Assembly (NCBI GenBank): GCA_030704615.1
Contig: CM060733.1
Location: 24,180,001-24,244,000, forward strand
From: Takakia lepidozioides
Taxonomy: Eukaryota > Plantae > Bryophyta
Length of the DNA stretch: 64,000 nucleotides
Direction of reading: 5' to 3'
Shown here: in pieces, positions 34,780 through 48,228 of the stretch
Layout: every line of letters begins with the position of its first letter
Position numbering within the stretch: position 1 is the stretch's first letter
Made by a program: the position numbers and the translations under genes
The notes under the pieces: generated by a model
Told to the model about the DNA's origin: nothing
The model's input: the letters and a program-made list of their open reading frames with translations, nothing else
Databases searched by the model: none

Positions 34780-35520
34780 CTACTGCACTTTCAGCTGAAC
34801 GAGGCATACGACGAGAGACTCTTGTAGAGATGGCTTGCCCTGCTACCGGGTTCAATGGCACCATGGGCAAAAGAATAACAACAGCGACATCACTCGATAG
34901 CAGCAAAAACAGATCCAGCAATTCGTAGGTGAGAAGCAATGCTTGGATAGCAAACCAATAAAGGAAGAGTGTTGGGTTCTAAAATGCTCAGAAAGATATG
35001 ACAAGAGAAACCAATCTTCTCTCAGTGTTGGCAGGCTACTTATTGCCAATCGTGGTTTTAGGTCAGGACAGCAAGAAACATGATTGATCGGGCTTGGATT
35101 CCTGGAGAACTTCATGGATGAGAGTGATGAAAGTGAATCATTGTCCAAACCCTAAAGAGCTAAGCAGACATGAGCAGGAGGAAGGGGAAGCAGGAGAGGG
35201 GTCAACTCTGCAAATCAGCATTGCATCTAAGAAGCAAATCCAAACCAGCCATGCAGAAAAAGGGGAAAAAGTCCGAGACAGTATATGGACGGAGCAAGTG
35301 ACGTGTGGGATCGTGAAAGGTCTGCCTGGGCCTCTCCTTCGTCCACAGCATTTTCCAGCTCTTGAGGTATGTTTGTCCCTAATCTTTGAGGGAGAATTAT
35401 GGGTTTTCTCTGTCCTCACAAACCCCAACTGATTCAGTGACATTCAAGGGGAAATCACACAGGGCAGTCTCCAGATCTAGAATCACGAGTCTGCCCATGG
35501 CCCTTTGTGCCTCCTCCTCC
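34780..35520 (-). pseudogene. Decayed coding-like segment paralogous to about 46500-47270
   Basis: Collinear DNA blocks; MGRLVILDLETALCDFPLNVTESVGVC versus MGRLLILELETALCNSPLNVVE*VGVC. Confidence 0.55.
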
Positions 35521-38500
35521 TTCCTTCTTCTTAGACAATCCGTTGAGCGATTTGGGCTGCTTCTGGCCCCTCTCTTTCTTGTTTCCTTCTTCCTCATCCC
35601 ATAAGCCCTTAAGTTTTTCATCCTTCTGATGTTACAATGTACCATTTCATTTCTATTATGCCTGGGATTTTCTGTTGCATGAAACGCATTGCAGAAAGAT
35701 GTGAAAGGCCAGTTCTTCTTCCCAAAGGGAATCAAACTACTGAAGGAAGCCTTTTCCTAGGCTAGTTGCAACTCTTAACAACCCCTTTCTTTCCCGTAGC
35801 ACCTGTGTCCGTGGCATCGTGTCAACAGCCAGAAGGCTTACACATGCCATTAGCTTTGTAGAAATTCTCACACTGTCAAATGAATGTGGCTCTGTGTTTG
35901 TTTCGATGTGTTTAATGAGTGGCACTTTCTATGAAACAGAGGAGAGGTACTCCCCAGGGAAGTGTGTGCCAGAGACTGTCCCACCTGCAGTTCCCAGAAG
36001 GCCTCTGGAGGGAAAGAAAAGTACAGACTCCGATGGTTTCCATCCCCCAAGGATAAGGATAAAGGTGTCATTCAGCTTCACTGAACTGTTAGAACTGCAT
36101 GAAATATTCTCGTGTATATAGCCAATTTAGGATTGTGAATGAGCAATGTACATGAAAGCAGCACCCAAGACTCCTCAGTGAACCTCCATTTGGCTGTTCA
36201 ACACACGGAAGCATGATTGACAGCTTCCTACTTTCCCCATTCCTTGGTCCTTTTCAATTCAGTGGACAATCCTTGCTAAAGACCCTGGGAAGGAGCCAAA
36301 GACATGCAATTCTCAAATGCTGGTGGAAAGTTCATAAGCCCCACAACAGTGCTCAGTTCCTTGTGGCCCTGAACAAAACACAGCATGGTACCATCTGTAC
36401 CACAGTCTTGCATTCTACTGCCTTGGGCCAACAGACTCATGCCAACTTGGATAGACCAGAATTGACTAGTGGAGAAGCCTAGGTGGCAGAATGGTGAGAA
36501 GGAGCATGGGTGGTATCATTGTGATCACTAGCTCCTTCAGCGTTTTTTACATCTGGCTATTTTGGGGTGGATGAAAAGAAGTGTTCCTGCGTGCACAACA
36601 TGTGGTTATGTGGGCCCTGCCTTAACTACACTTACCCTGGGTCTTTCTAGGGCAGGAGTGGGACAGACCGAGGTTTCTTGGAGGTATCAGGTTTTTCTTC
36701 TGCTAGTGTGATGGCGTGGGCGAGACTGATGGTGGGAGCAGTCAGAGGATGGGCAGTGCTCCAACTTCATCTCCATCTCTGTAGCTTTCAAGAGAGACTC
36801 TATGGAGATTTCAGAAGCCTTCCTTAATTACTTGCACAACATTTGTCAAATGTTTAAACAATCTCTTGGAGCTCTGATGGAGTTCATGAATAAAAACTCG
36901 ATTTGCAAGGTTGGGAGCATTTACTGGGTTGGTGCAGGGGTCTACTGTTTGTTTGAAATCTTCTAGAAGCATTTTATTGCCATGAAATATAGGCCACTTA
37001 TGGTTGCTAAAAGGAGTCAGAGTTTTGGGATTTGCATCTACAAGTATCATTTCTGTAAAATCAGTCAAGAATTTTGCGGAACTGGTTAAGCTGCTGGAGA
37101 GAAAGAGGAATTCCTAAACAAAATGACCCCTCAGCCCATGAATCAGCTGGAAAATTTGCTTACCCTCCGTGTAATCCCGGGGCATTCTTTTTCAATGTAT
37201 TAAGATTACATGATCTCTATATTTTAATCTGTTACCAGTAGGCACAGGAAGGATTGTATAGCACTCACTAGGAGGTAGAAGGGGGACCTCAAACCTTTTG
37301 AGAGTAGGCTCTCCACTCTTATGACTCTCTGCATTACCATCACACATTCCTTCAAATGCTAGAAAGCTCTCTGGATCAGAGATAAGTAGTTGCTTATTGT
37401 GGCAGGTGTGGTGTCTAAAACTCTATAACCCATCTTGAAATCGTCACACATGCTTTCCCTCGTGCATAGTGTGTCATTTCAAAAGTGAAACAACATGACA
37501 AGCTATCTAACAGCTGGGAAGTTCACTAGGATCGTCCATTGTATCTACACTCCCAGATCATGTATTGCCAAGGCTCCGGTCAGATATGTAGATTTGTGAA
37601 GATCCGTTCCATCTCTTGCTTCTACAGCATGGGTCATTTTCGTTGTCAGAACCTAGACTTCCCAGGAAAGGACTGCATAGTGATGTCTGGCCACTGTAGG
37701 CTAACTGGGGACTGACAGCTCTTACAGTACTCTTACACTCCAGACAAATTTGGCCCCGTCCAACCTGATGCTGGCTAGGTAAGCGTTTGAGCTTCGAGGA
37801 ATTAGGTCCCTGGATAGTATTGGAGCAAATCACGTAACCAGCGAGGTTTCAGGAACCCATTGCCCATGACCATATCCAAAACTTCATCACAAGAACGGAT
37901 AAATTGTGGTTTGAAAATGGTTTGAAAACAACGGCTAGATTTGGTTTTGGGCACGACAGGGTCGACCGAAAGTAGTAGACTAGCTGTGTGATTGAGCCAC
38001 AAAGGGACCACCAGATTGCAGTTTTTTCAGCAACCGTTTGGGCCACCTGTCGAAGCTGTATGGAGATTGTATGTCTTGAGGGGATGTTTCTCATGAGTCA
38101 TGTAAACCGGACAGCAATGTGATGATGTGGCCAAGGCAGGGTCCAGCAACTTCGTGATTCTACCTTTGAGAGGCTGACTATCTACCAGTAATAGAACACT
38201 TAAGTGCATTGTGCAATCCAAGTATACCTCTGATTGGACCACAGAAGGGTCACCAACTCAAAAACAATTTAGCAACCCTTGATCTCACCCACTGAACCAA
38301 CTTGCGGACTGTAACTTGAAGAGAAGTTTTCGAGGGCTGTTGCTGCTGATTGGGCCAGAGAATGTTCCTCAAGCTGCAGGAGAGTGACAGCAGCTCATCG
38401 TTACAATGGTCTCGGACAGTTGCACCGCCTCCGTCTGTTTCTGCCTACTTTACAGTTTCTGGGCTATCGTGGCCACCCACCATGGCTGCAGGCCTACCTT

Positions 38501-40162
38501 CCTCCTCTGCCGGCCTTCCTCACACTCCTGCCTTGTTCATCTCTTTACCCCACACTGCCGCCTGACCCTTTGCCAAACTCTGTGACTGTCGGTTACATAC
38601 TAAATAGCCAGCCAATGCTACCACAGTTAAATCCTGGTTACTATCATGGCTAACTCAAGGAACTTAACTGTAATTTAGCATTGTCCATCAGTGATGTCCC
38701 GCTCCACATATCACACTGCAAACACATCCGAGTAACACACACCAAAGTCATCAGCATCTGCTCCATCACCATCACAACTCGTAGGTACTGTTCAGCTCTG
38801 GAGTACATGTAAGTAGATGGTAACTGGTTAGCACTCCATCTGGCTTCTGAGATCATATTCCAGCTCAAGACTGTACTAGCTGTCTTGGAGCCTCTTTGAT
38901 CGTCCATTCTTGTGTTTGCATGGTGTGGACATCGTATTGGGATTTTGCAAATTTTACATGAAGGCAGTACACTATACCCAGGAGAGCAACTAAGAAGCTG
39001 TTTGTAGTCTTAAAAATTGAGGGATCCTGTGAAATCTCATCCAGTTAAGGCAGTTCCAGGACCAGTTGACCACAAACAAGTCATCTGCCATCTCTGAATG
39101 CATCAAGCATGTTCGGTAATGTAAGTAATAGACAAGGATGTCTCCAAAACCTTCCAATTCAATTGCTGAAATCTACTGTCTACAGACAAGTACATCAATT
39201 AGTCAGAAGATGTCTGACCCTCCAGTTTTGAGTGGGTGCTATTCCCATGACTTACTTGGGTTTTTGAGAAAAGTCCGGCACATGAGAGTATATATAGGGT
39301 CAACACTCAACACCAAGATGAAAAATACAAAGACCTGTCGAACAAAACTTCCGAAGCCATTTCATAAAGGAATAGCAATGTCATGTTTGTTTTTATTTTA
39401 TTGGTGGGGGTTATTTGTCGCTTCGATTTAATACTTGATGGTCTGGAACTTTATTTACAAGTATAAACATTTGAAAGTTACAAGGGAAAAAACACACAAA
39501 TCTAGAATGCATGCTCATTCCGACGAGTTCTGCCAGAAACTGGGATATAGGGAACTTGTTGGGCAACCAAAGTTTGCATTGGAGTAACAACACTAAGTAT
39601 TGAATCTACGGAACTAGGAAGGCTCGATTCAACAGTAGCCTTCTCTGCAAGCTTAGTACAGTACAATTCTCGTAAATGGGAATTACCTGTACCACATTCA
39701 AAAAAGATCTGCACTACATACATCTACCATTTCCAACACATGGGGCTAGTTTTACTAGCATGTTCCTTATGCAAGGTCGCTGGGCCCACCACCGTTCCTT
39801 ACACCTTATGGCTCGTCGGGGCTCGTCCTTGTCGCAGCATGTCACTTCCGCACCACCAGCTCTCACCACCGTAACTTGCACCCTGCACGCTGACCCACCA
39901 CTCTCAGCCTGCACCACTCTTGCTCGCTCACCTCCTCATCCTTCTACAAAAATCCCGGAGAAGTTTCCAGATCGCAGCTACTAGCCTGTTCTTTATTGGT
40001 TTATTTGGAAAAAATTGTGACCCCCTTAATAAAAATGAGGTCCTCCATCCCCTCATAAAAATAAACAGCCGCAAACCGTGAGAGGCTCTGTCCGTTGAAG
40101 CAACAATTTTGACAAGCTGCCACGTGGTTTATACTTAAGAGCTTTTTTAGACCAATCGTACT

Positions 40163-40380
40163 CTTGACACGGTGTAAGGTCCCTTGACCATATTTTCTCC
40201 ATTTACTTCAACATGATGCAAAGTTGTCCCAACAAGCCTAAAACGACAGTGGGCTTGCTTTGGCAAAACATAAGAGGAAGGTGAGAGTAAGGACATGACT
40301 CAACACAACACACCAATCAAGCCTTGACATGGTGTAAGGTCATTTTGACCACATTTTCTCCCTTGACCTGAACATGTTGC
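40163..40380. repeat. Diverged ~58-bp direct repeat (40163-40220 and 40323-40380)
   Basis: CTTGACA(C/T)GGTGTAAGGTC..TTGACCA.ATTTTCTCC...AACATG.TGC occurs twice. Confidence 0.75.
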
Positions 40381-40458
40381 GTAGTCTCTCTCTGCAAGAG
40401 AGCCAATAAATAAAATTTAAAATTTAAACTTGTGACAAAAAATTCTATGTTATGAGCA

Positions 40459-42340
40459 TGTGATGCCCCAAACTTTCCTCATCAAAGATTTACCTTATTC
40501 ATCCAAAACGGCGATACTCATTCGTAGTATAATTTTTTGGCTTAAAATACCGTTGAACCGTTACAAAGATATCATAGCCAGGGTTAGTTATGGCTAGTGG
40601 CTGCATCACGGCCGTTCAATAGATCTAGGGTTTTGATGTGGCGCCGCGGGCTCAGCCTGACACGCCTCGCCACGCGTCAGGAAGACATGCAGCTAGGGTT
40701 TGTATAAAGTGGCGGCCTGACCTTGTGTCAGGCAGCTGATGTACTTTGGTGTATGTAGATGTGGAAAGTTGTCTGAATGTGATACGTGTGTATGATTTTC
40801 TGTCAGTTCGCTCGTTGAGATCCTCCTCTCGCGTGGGTGCACGCTCCTCTTGTTCTCCCCCCGTTGTTTTGAAGAGCACTTGAGATGATAGGCAGATATT
40901 CGTCCTGCTTCTTTTATGGTGGAGGTGCGCCGGGTGTTTTTCTTGATCATTTAAACGGCGTGCTTAGGTTAAGATTAAGAGCTCCTCGGTGTCTTATAAA
41001 GATGGCGGCAGCCCGCCACCCCGCAGTGTATTTGCTTAGTGTTGAGTTCTCTCCATGCTTGCTCGTTAATCTTGCTTCTGTTTCAGACTATGGCGTCTCA
41101 TGTGTCGATTACTAGAAGTGTTGTTAATCGTGAAGGAGAGCGCTTGCTTGATCTAGTCATTTCACTTTCTGCTTCATCTGCTAACCCTCCTTCTTCCAAC
41201 ACGTCGCCTGACACTCTTGCCTTGCCGGTGTTGCTGATGCGTGGAGATATTGCTGTTGATTCAGGTCTTGTTGTCTGCTTGAATTCACCTAGTCCTAGTA
41301 AAGAAGCTAATCTAGCTGCAGCCGAAGCTTGGTCGCCAAGCACTGCGAGGTCCGGTTCATTGGATAGTTGTGATCCAGAGTATTACAATTTTGATATCTA
41401 TCATGATCCAGGGCCCGATTTCGTCTGTCCCAGAGAGCAGGAGCGAGAATTTGAGATGGACATAGCTCGTTCACATGAGTATGATGCTACAGTGTGTAAC
41501 TTACTTTCTGTTGATCAATTCTGGTTTGACAAGATAGAGATTGCGGTGCAACGGGACGTATTCTACTTCACTGAGAGTCGAGTTTCGGCGCCCAGATGAC
41601 CTGACTCTGACCCAGCGGTGATCGCTGCGGACTCTCTCTCTGCGACAAGGCAAGTTGTGGCTTCGAGGAACGCTGCTTGTCTGTCTCATGATGTGGTCAA
41701 GTCCCATTTCTTGAATCATCAGGCTCTGTCGTGGAAAGAACTGGGGCTTCATCTTCCTTTATCTACTGAACGTGTTCACCGTGATTGGCTGGTTTCCTCC
41801 TTTGTCGAGCCATCTTGGCTGTCGTTAGCTCTCCGAGGTACGGGCTCTCTCGTTCTACGTCTTCTTCGTTTTCATCACGAGCCCAGCAAGGGTCTGCCAC
41901 CGTCAATCGACCTGCTTCAAGGACTGTCGTCGGATAGTCTGTTTGGCCGAGCTTCCAACATTGTCATTTTGCCAGGGACTTTATTTGACGATCAACGGCT
42001 TGTCAGACCTGAGATGCTTGAAAACCTTGATCGCTTTCCTGTTGATTCAGTGCTATCTCGCATTTGGGAGAAGGAGAACTCTACCTATGTGTCCTTAGTA
42101 CATATGAGGATAACGTGCCAACAATATATCTGCAGTGTTTCTCATGTTAGCGGCATTGTCTGTGCATATTTGCACGATTCTATCACTTCCGACCTGTTCG
42201 ATGAAGTCCGTCAATAGTTAGCATTGATAACGTCCATCTTTCTTCTCGCCGCTAGTGTCGACCGATCCCAAGAATTGTTTCCCAGCTGGACATACGAGCA
42301 TGACATTGAACAACGGTCTGTTTGTAACAGAACTGGGTAA
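40459..42340 (+). mobile_element. E4-family 5' portion: 5' LTR (40459-40916), PBS (from 40917), extra ORF; truncated against a hAT fragment
   Basis: LTR starts TGTGATGCCCC; about 24 differences over 458 bp (manual count) from the reverse complement of 52414-52871. Followed directly by TGGTGGAGGTGCG (tRNA-Ala-like PBS). Confidence 0.88.
41090..42217 (+). pseudogene. Extra 5' ORF of E4 (about 375 codons, one in-frame TGA at 41597), function unknown
   Basis: ORFs 41039-41599 and 41618-42217 share a frame; no gag or pol motifs. Confidence 0.6.
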
Positions 42341-43630
42341 GCTCGGTCATGGCATCTTCTAGCAATCCTGTGCGGAGATTGTGATAAGTCTGAGGCACGT
42401 ACGTGGATCTGGACTCCGAGGTTGCTCTAACGGCAGAAACAAATGCCGGAAGTCTTGCCACATTAAATGATATGTTGGCCTCGAAGAAAAACTGCGCTCA
42501 TTTTTTATCCAACTGTCTTTTCGCAGATAAGTTAAGACCTTCCTGCATGGATTGCTGCCGTAATCCTCTACTCCGTTGAAGTGTAGGGGTACAAAGAGGT
42601 GTTGAAGCAGGTGTTGCTCCGACACAACCCATTTGTCCAAGGGCACCCGAAGCCTCATAAGAGTCGCCCGGGGTACTAATCGGGGCATCCTGACGGGAAG
42701 ATGGAGTGTTCTGCTCAGAGGTCATGTCCAGATCCAAAGACATTGGAATATTGCCTTCACACTGGGCAAAATGGTTTTTTACCCACATAGATGCTTTGGG
42801 GCATAAACCCACCCCAGCGCTCTTCACATCTTTATAGCCGAGGTGAGCGAACAACCAATCCTTACGATAAGAAAACTTTAATCCACATAAGTTGCACTCA
42901 ACACAGTGTTCGGGATTGCCGTATACCAATGGCTCCATTCCTCCCTCATCTTCACCCAATATCCACTCCCCTGAGACCTAGCAATGCAAGCAACAAAAAA
43001 CAGTCACCTATAAATGAACGTGTTGTGAATGTAGAGTGCAATGCGATAGCCCAACACTTCTACACCTGTCAGCTACCCAAGTGGATCGATGTGGATTGTA
43101 GTGTTGAGCTTATACACAATTTGCTGAAGTGGCTTTGGTGGAAGCCACAACAGTAAAATGTGCGCACCCTCTTCTTGGGCTATACTCTCGTTCAATGGAA
43201 GAGAACATCCAAAGCAACCTCAAGTGTTTGCACCAAAAGAAGTGAGGAGAGTGGTGACCCTCCTCCCTTATATATGATCCAAGAGATAAACGAAATGAAA
43301 GTGAAACGAATAAATGACGAACCAATAGCGCCCACCCGAAAAAGGCTGTACAACCATATTCGTTGTAATTTTGAAATTAAGCGACCGGTAATACTACGGT
43401 CGTTATTTTTATTTTTTTATGAAAAACAAGCGACCGCCATTACTGCAGTCGCTTTTATTTCCTTTCATTTTGTGCAATATTGCGGTCACTTCTATTTTGT
43501 ATATTTAAAAATTTAAGCAACTGCCCATATGACGGTCGCTATTGTTTTTTATTTCAAAATATAATGCGACTGCCGGTATGGCGGTCGCTTCATTTGTTAA
43601 TATATTTAAAATAAAGCGACCGCTACCGGC
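42340..43630 (-). mobile_element. hAT transposon 5' fragment: BED-finger N-terminus of the transposase plus subterminal GCGACCG repeats
   Basis: CNLCGLKF...LFAHLG...LCPK; QFFFEANISFNVAR.PAF...YVPQTYHNLRTGLL; GCGACCG/CGGTCGC repeats at 43380-43630; internal stop. Confidence 0.8.
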
Positions 43631-43909
43631 AAAGCAGAGTTAATCGACTCACTTCACAGGGTAAGTTTGCGTTTCTAAGTCCTACGGAATTTCTACTTTC
43701 TATCAAGTCACTGCCTTCCTTCATCAACGATATCCAGTTAAGCCCCGAGCTACACGTCAATAAGACGTCACAACGATGATGTCAGCCATGTTAGCTTCAA
43801 GGTGAAGACTCCACATTCAATGTACCTGATACACGCTAAGGAGGGAGGAACATCACACATCAGTATATATAGCTACACTTCCAGCACTCTTGCATCTTGT
43901 ATTGGCAGT

Positions 43910-44311
43910 ATGGAGTCACAGGAACCAGACAAATTGGAGTTGTCGCTTACCCAGTTACCAGATCAGCCGTTCCGACTCTCACGACCTTCAAGATCGCGCC
44001 GACGCTCTCGAGACGATGGGCCACCGATGCGACGCGTACTTCCTCGTCTGGAACCCGTACGACGGCAAGTGGAGCCTACTCGAAGTCTGATAATTCTGTT
44101 GGAGGTTGAGGCTTCGGACCAAGAGGGCAACGAAATCATGTTTGAAGGCAGCTTCGAAAATCAGAATGCTCAAATCACTGCGTGGTCCCAAGTTCAAGGT
44201 GTTGGACACTATCGATGGTTGCAGGGACCTATAAATCATTTGAGTCAAGAACGAAGAGCCGAATACTTGACAAGTACCATTCGCCGGATTTTGGATTTTC
44301 TCCAACTCTAA
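43910..44311 (+). CDS. Small ORF (133 aa) in the 3' region of element E6, function unknown
   Basis: TATATATA at about 43864, ATG at 43910, open to 44311, about 40 bp before the PPT. Confidence 0.55.
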   Translation: MESQEPDKLELSLTQLPDQPFRLSRPSRSRRRSRDDGPPMRRVLPRLEPVRRQVEPTRSLIILLEVEASDQEGNEIMFEGSFENQNAQITAWSQVQGVGHYRWLQGPINHLSQERRAEYLTSTIRRILDFLQL

Positions 44312-44352
44312 GTAAGTCCAAGATTTTACCGCTCCTCAAGGAACTGGGCGCT

Positions 44353-44997
44353 AGAGGAGGGGGTGATGTCACGGACATAGCCCAGAAGAACTTATCAGGA
44401 GTAAATACCAAAAGTTACCAAATTACCATGTTACCAAAAGTTACCATGATCTACCATGATCTACCATGATTTACCATAAGTTACCAAGTTATCGGAAGTT
44501 TACCAAATTACCGAGAGTAACTTGAGAAACTGCTTAGGAAGCTTCTTTTGGAAGAAACTTCTCCATCAAGATACCTCCTTTGTTTAAGGAAACTTTTCCA
44601 TCAAAAAACCTTTGTTTAACCTTAAAAACTTCTCCATCAAGAAAACTCCTTTGGGGAAGCCTCTTAGGGAACCTTCTAGTAGCCAGTATATATAGGAGGC
44701 GAGACTGGACACTATTCAGTCTCGCCAACACAAGTTTAAGCTACTCTTGTTCCCAGTCCCAGTACCCCAGTCCAGTTTCCAGTATCTGATACCCTAGTCC
44801 AGTTCTCAGCATTCCAGTATTCGAGTCGAGTTCCAGTCGAGTTTCAATATCTTGTACTCTTGTCCATTGTTATAAAGATCATCTTGATTCATGTTTACCC
44901 ACCATGCATTCGGCCACGCCGACCTTGACTTCTTGTCTAGTCTTGTACCTCTAGTCTGATCTCTTGTTTGTATTCAGTCATGTTCCCGTCCTTGACA
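44353..44997 (+). mobile_element. E6 PPT and 3' LTR (44367-44997, 631 bp); rest of the element absent
   Basis: AGAGGAGGGGGTGA then TGTCACGGAC...GTCCTTGACA (9/10 terminal IR); TTACCA repeats; TATATATAG near 44687. Confidence 0.8.
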
Positions 44998-45843
44998 AAG
45001 CACATGCTTCACAAGTGCACTGATTTGCACACAAGAGGGACCAGCCCCCTCTCTTCACTCATACCTCTTCATGAGCTTGGAGCTGAAACTCCCAACAGAC
45101 TGCGATGCATCCCCTCGCAGCTCCACTATTCGGCTGCTCGTCATCTACCCGCAACAACTGATTTCAGGCATAAATACCTGGAGCTGATCATATCATCTCC
45201 AACCTGCAACATGCTAGCTTCCCATGCGGAGCCCACATTCCTGCAGCTCCTTAACTCGGCCTGCAGCTGAAGAAGACGACCACCAGTTCGCCCACTCGTG
45301 GCCAGCATCTCCTCCGCTTCATACTAGAACCGCATACTCAGTTGCCATAGCGTTGAGCTATGCAACATTGATCGCCTCTCTATCCATTGCAAACCTGCAA
45401 CCTGTTCGCTTTTGCACTCTATCTGCTTTGAATAGGCTCATGCACGGATCCCTGCACTCTAGGCTGAATCGTTTCTCATGATCTGAAAACACAAGTGTTA
45501 CAACTAACTCGAACCTGACACTCACAGACTCGAGCTGATCTTTCTCGAGTGATAAAAAAAAAAATGATACAAACACACAAGCTCTCTCAAACTCTCATAC
45601 TTGCACATGAAAACATCACTTATATATTAAGTCGAGCCAAGTGCACCCCACGCCATGGGGAATCCACACTACGACGCCATAGCTAGACGCGGTGAGGGCT
45701 CAACTCGATAAAGATGAGCCCACCGCGATCTGCCGTGAAGATAACAACGTCAGATGCCCAAACATATATTGGCCCTTGGATTGACACTTGGGTCAATGCC
45801 AAATGTCAATATATAAAAGCTAGCTATTTCCTAGCTAACTTCA

Positions 45844-46420
45844 CACTAGTGGTAAAATAACTTGACAAGGGCGACGATTTGCAGGTGTGTCGGGCGACCC
45901 AGGTAGAAGCGATTGCCTGAGCGATTGCCTATGTATATGTCATGCCACACATGACTATTTTATTGTGTCGGGCGACCGCTAGTAGAAGCGATTGCCTGAG
46001 CGGCCCGGTGGACCCCGCTTCTATGGCAATTGGATATGCGGGGCAATAAAATAGTCATGTGTGGCATGACATATACATAGGCATCTGAAACCATGGATCT
46101 GATATTATGACATGTATGTGTGGCATGAATATGAATGCCTCCTAAAATGGATAGCAGGTTGGGAACAAGTGGGTTGTTGGGAACAAGTAGATGCAATAAT
46201 AAATAGGATGTTGGGAACAACTAGTTGTTAACAAGTGGGATGTTCCAATCAAATGGTTGTTGTTCGGAACAACACGTTGTTAACAGTTATTAAATAACAA
46301 CGAGTTGTTATGGAATAACAACGTGCTGTTAACAATTGTTAACAAGTATGAAAGCATATTTGAAAGATGCTTTAAAGAGAAGCATATTTGCGAAGATGCT
46401 TTGGTTAGAAGCATCTTTTA
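45844..46420. repeat. Repeat-rich segment starting CACTAGTG (possible CACTA terminus), with a perfect 40-bp inverted repeat (45926-45965 / 46044-46083) and GTTGGGAACAA/TGTTAACAA arrays
   Basis: Repeats read directly; the CACTA assignment rests on one end only. Confidence 0.5.
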
Positions 46421-48228
46421 TGGGTGTGACAGGGACAGCGAGCGGGCGGAACAGGGACAGGGTTTGTGGTAAATAAGTATTCCATATAAACACATATCCG
46501 GGATTGAAGAGTCTGGTAGAGATGGCTTATCCCTACACCCATCGCACAGGTAATACGGAACAACAGCGAGAGCGATTCTCGATAGCAACTAAAGCAGACC
46601 CAGCCATAGATTTGCGAGCATAAAAGAAAGTGCTATGCAAGAGTGTTCGGTTCAGTGATACCAGCAAAGTGAGTGTTGAGTTCAAGAGTTGTGGGGTTCT
46701 AAAGTTTTGAAAGATCTAGAGAACCCTGATGATCGATCATCTCTCGATACTCGCTGCCTACGCCGAATTGTGGTGTGGGCTTGGATTCCTGTGAGAACAT
46801 CATCATGGATGACAGGGACCAGGTGGATGAAACAGAAAGAGTCGAAAACCCTAAAACAGAGAAGAGACGTGAGCAGTAGGGAGTAATAAGAGGAAGCAGG
46901 AGAACGGTCAATTCTGGAAGTCAGGCTTTCATCTAAGAAGAAGCAAATCCAGACCTGACATTTGGGAAACGCACAGACAGTTGCATGGTCGTAGAATTGT
47001 GAGGGATATGGATGGCGCTAGTGATGAGAAGGAGCGGCGTAGGGATCGAGGTCATTCGCACCGGGACCGGTCTGCCCGGACTTCTCCTTTGTCCACAGCG
47101 TCTTCCAGCTCCTCAGGTATGTTCTTTCCTGCAATTTGGCAGCGTTTGAGGGAGAAGGAAAGATCGTTTTTCGCCGCACAAACCCCAACTTACTCAACGA
47201 CATTCAAGGGCGAATTACATAATGCAGTTTCTAGCTCTAGAATCAGGAGTCTGCCCATCCTCCTCCTTCCTCTATTATTCCTGGGGTTTTCCATATTCTT
47301 ATGTGCCTGGTGGTCGCTTTCCGGAGAACTGATATATGAGACCTAATTATGAGCTTCAAACTTGTCATGGTCTTAACGGAGGGAAAGATGAGACCAGGTT
47401 CAGAATTTTCTCATGCTTGTGTCTTATTCGTTAGAAAGTCACTCACCACGTCTTGCCCCAGACTATCTCTACAAAGTTTCTTACACCAAGTGAAAAATGC
47501 GGCTAAGCTTCCTGATGTCTCAATTCCATACTTGCCTGCTAACTTGTGCAATTTCTCAGATCAAAAGTGACAGATCCAGCGAGAGGATTTCCCATCTCCT
47601 GCACTCCGCCCAACCCTAGAGTTGTAACTAGGATACCATTCGGAATCATTTACTGACACGGTGTGAAATCAAGAAGTATTCATTCTGTAGTTTAGTACTT
47701 GTCCCATCAGATGAGTAACGGATGTCTACTGCAAGTCTCTTCTGGGTCTTTCTCTGTGGTGGTTGCGATATAGGACACAATTGGTGAAGTCATCCCCTGT
47801 GACAACTGCCGAGGCATTTTGCTGTACATAGTTTGCATATATCATGTAATGTCCCATAGTTCAAGCTCCAGTGTCAAGGAGATGCCCATGTTACACTACT
47901 TCAGCAGGCACTGAACTTATCTGCTCTAGCAACCATGGTCAGCGTATACATGATCGAGGTCAAGTTGTATGGTTTATGGGTTTAATAAATTAGTAATGCA
48001 ATCAACAGCCCATCTCCGAGTTGGTGGCTGTAATGCGGGTCATGGCTTTAGCCCTGTTCCTTCATGATCCTAGCTTTTCATTCAGACTTGGTGAAGGATG
48101 TGTTGCCCTTATCACAGCAAAGCAAGCCACGTTTTTAGCTTCAGGGATTAGGGTTTAGTGGATGACTTGGAAGATTGCACGGAGTTGCTAATTGTACTCA
48201 TCTGTCAGTTGTGTTGCGTTCTTCAAAG

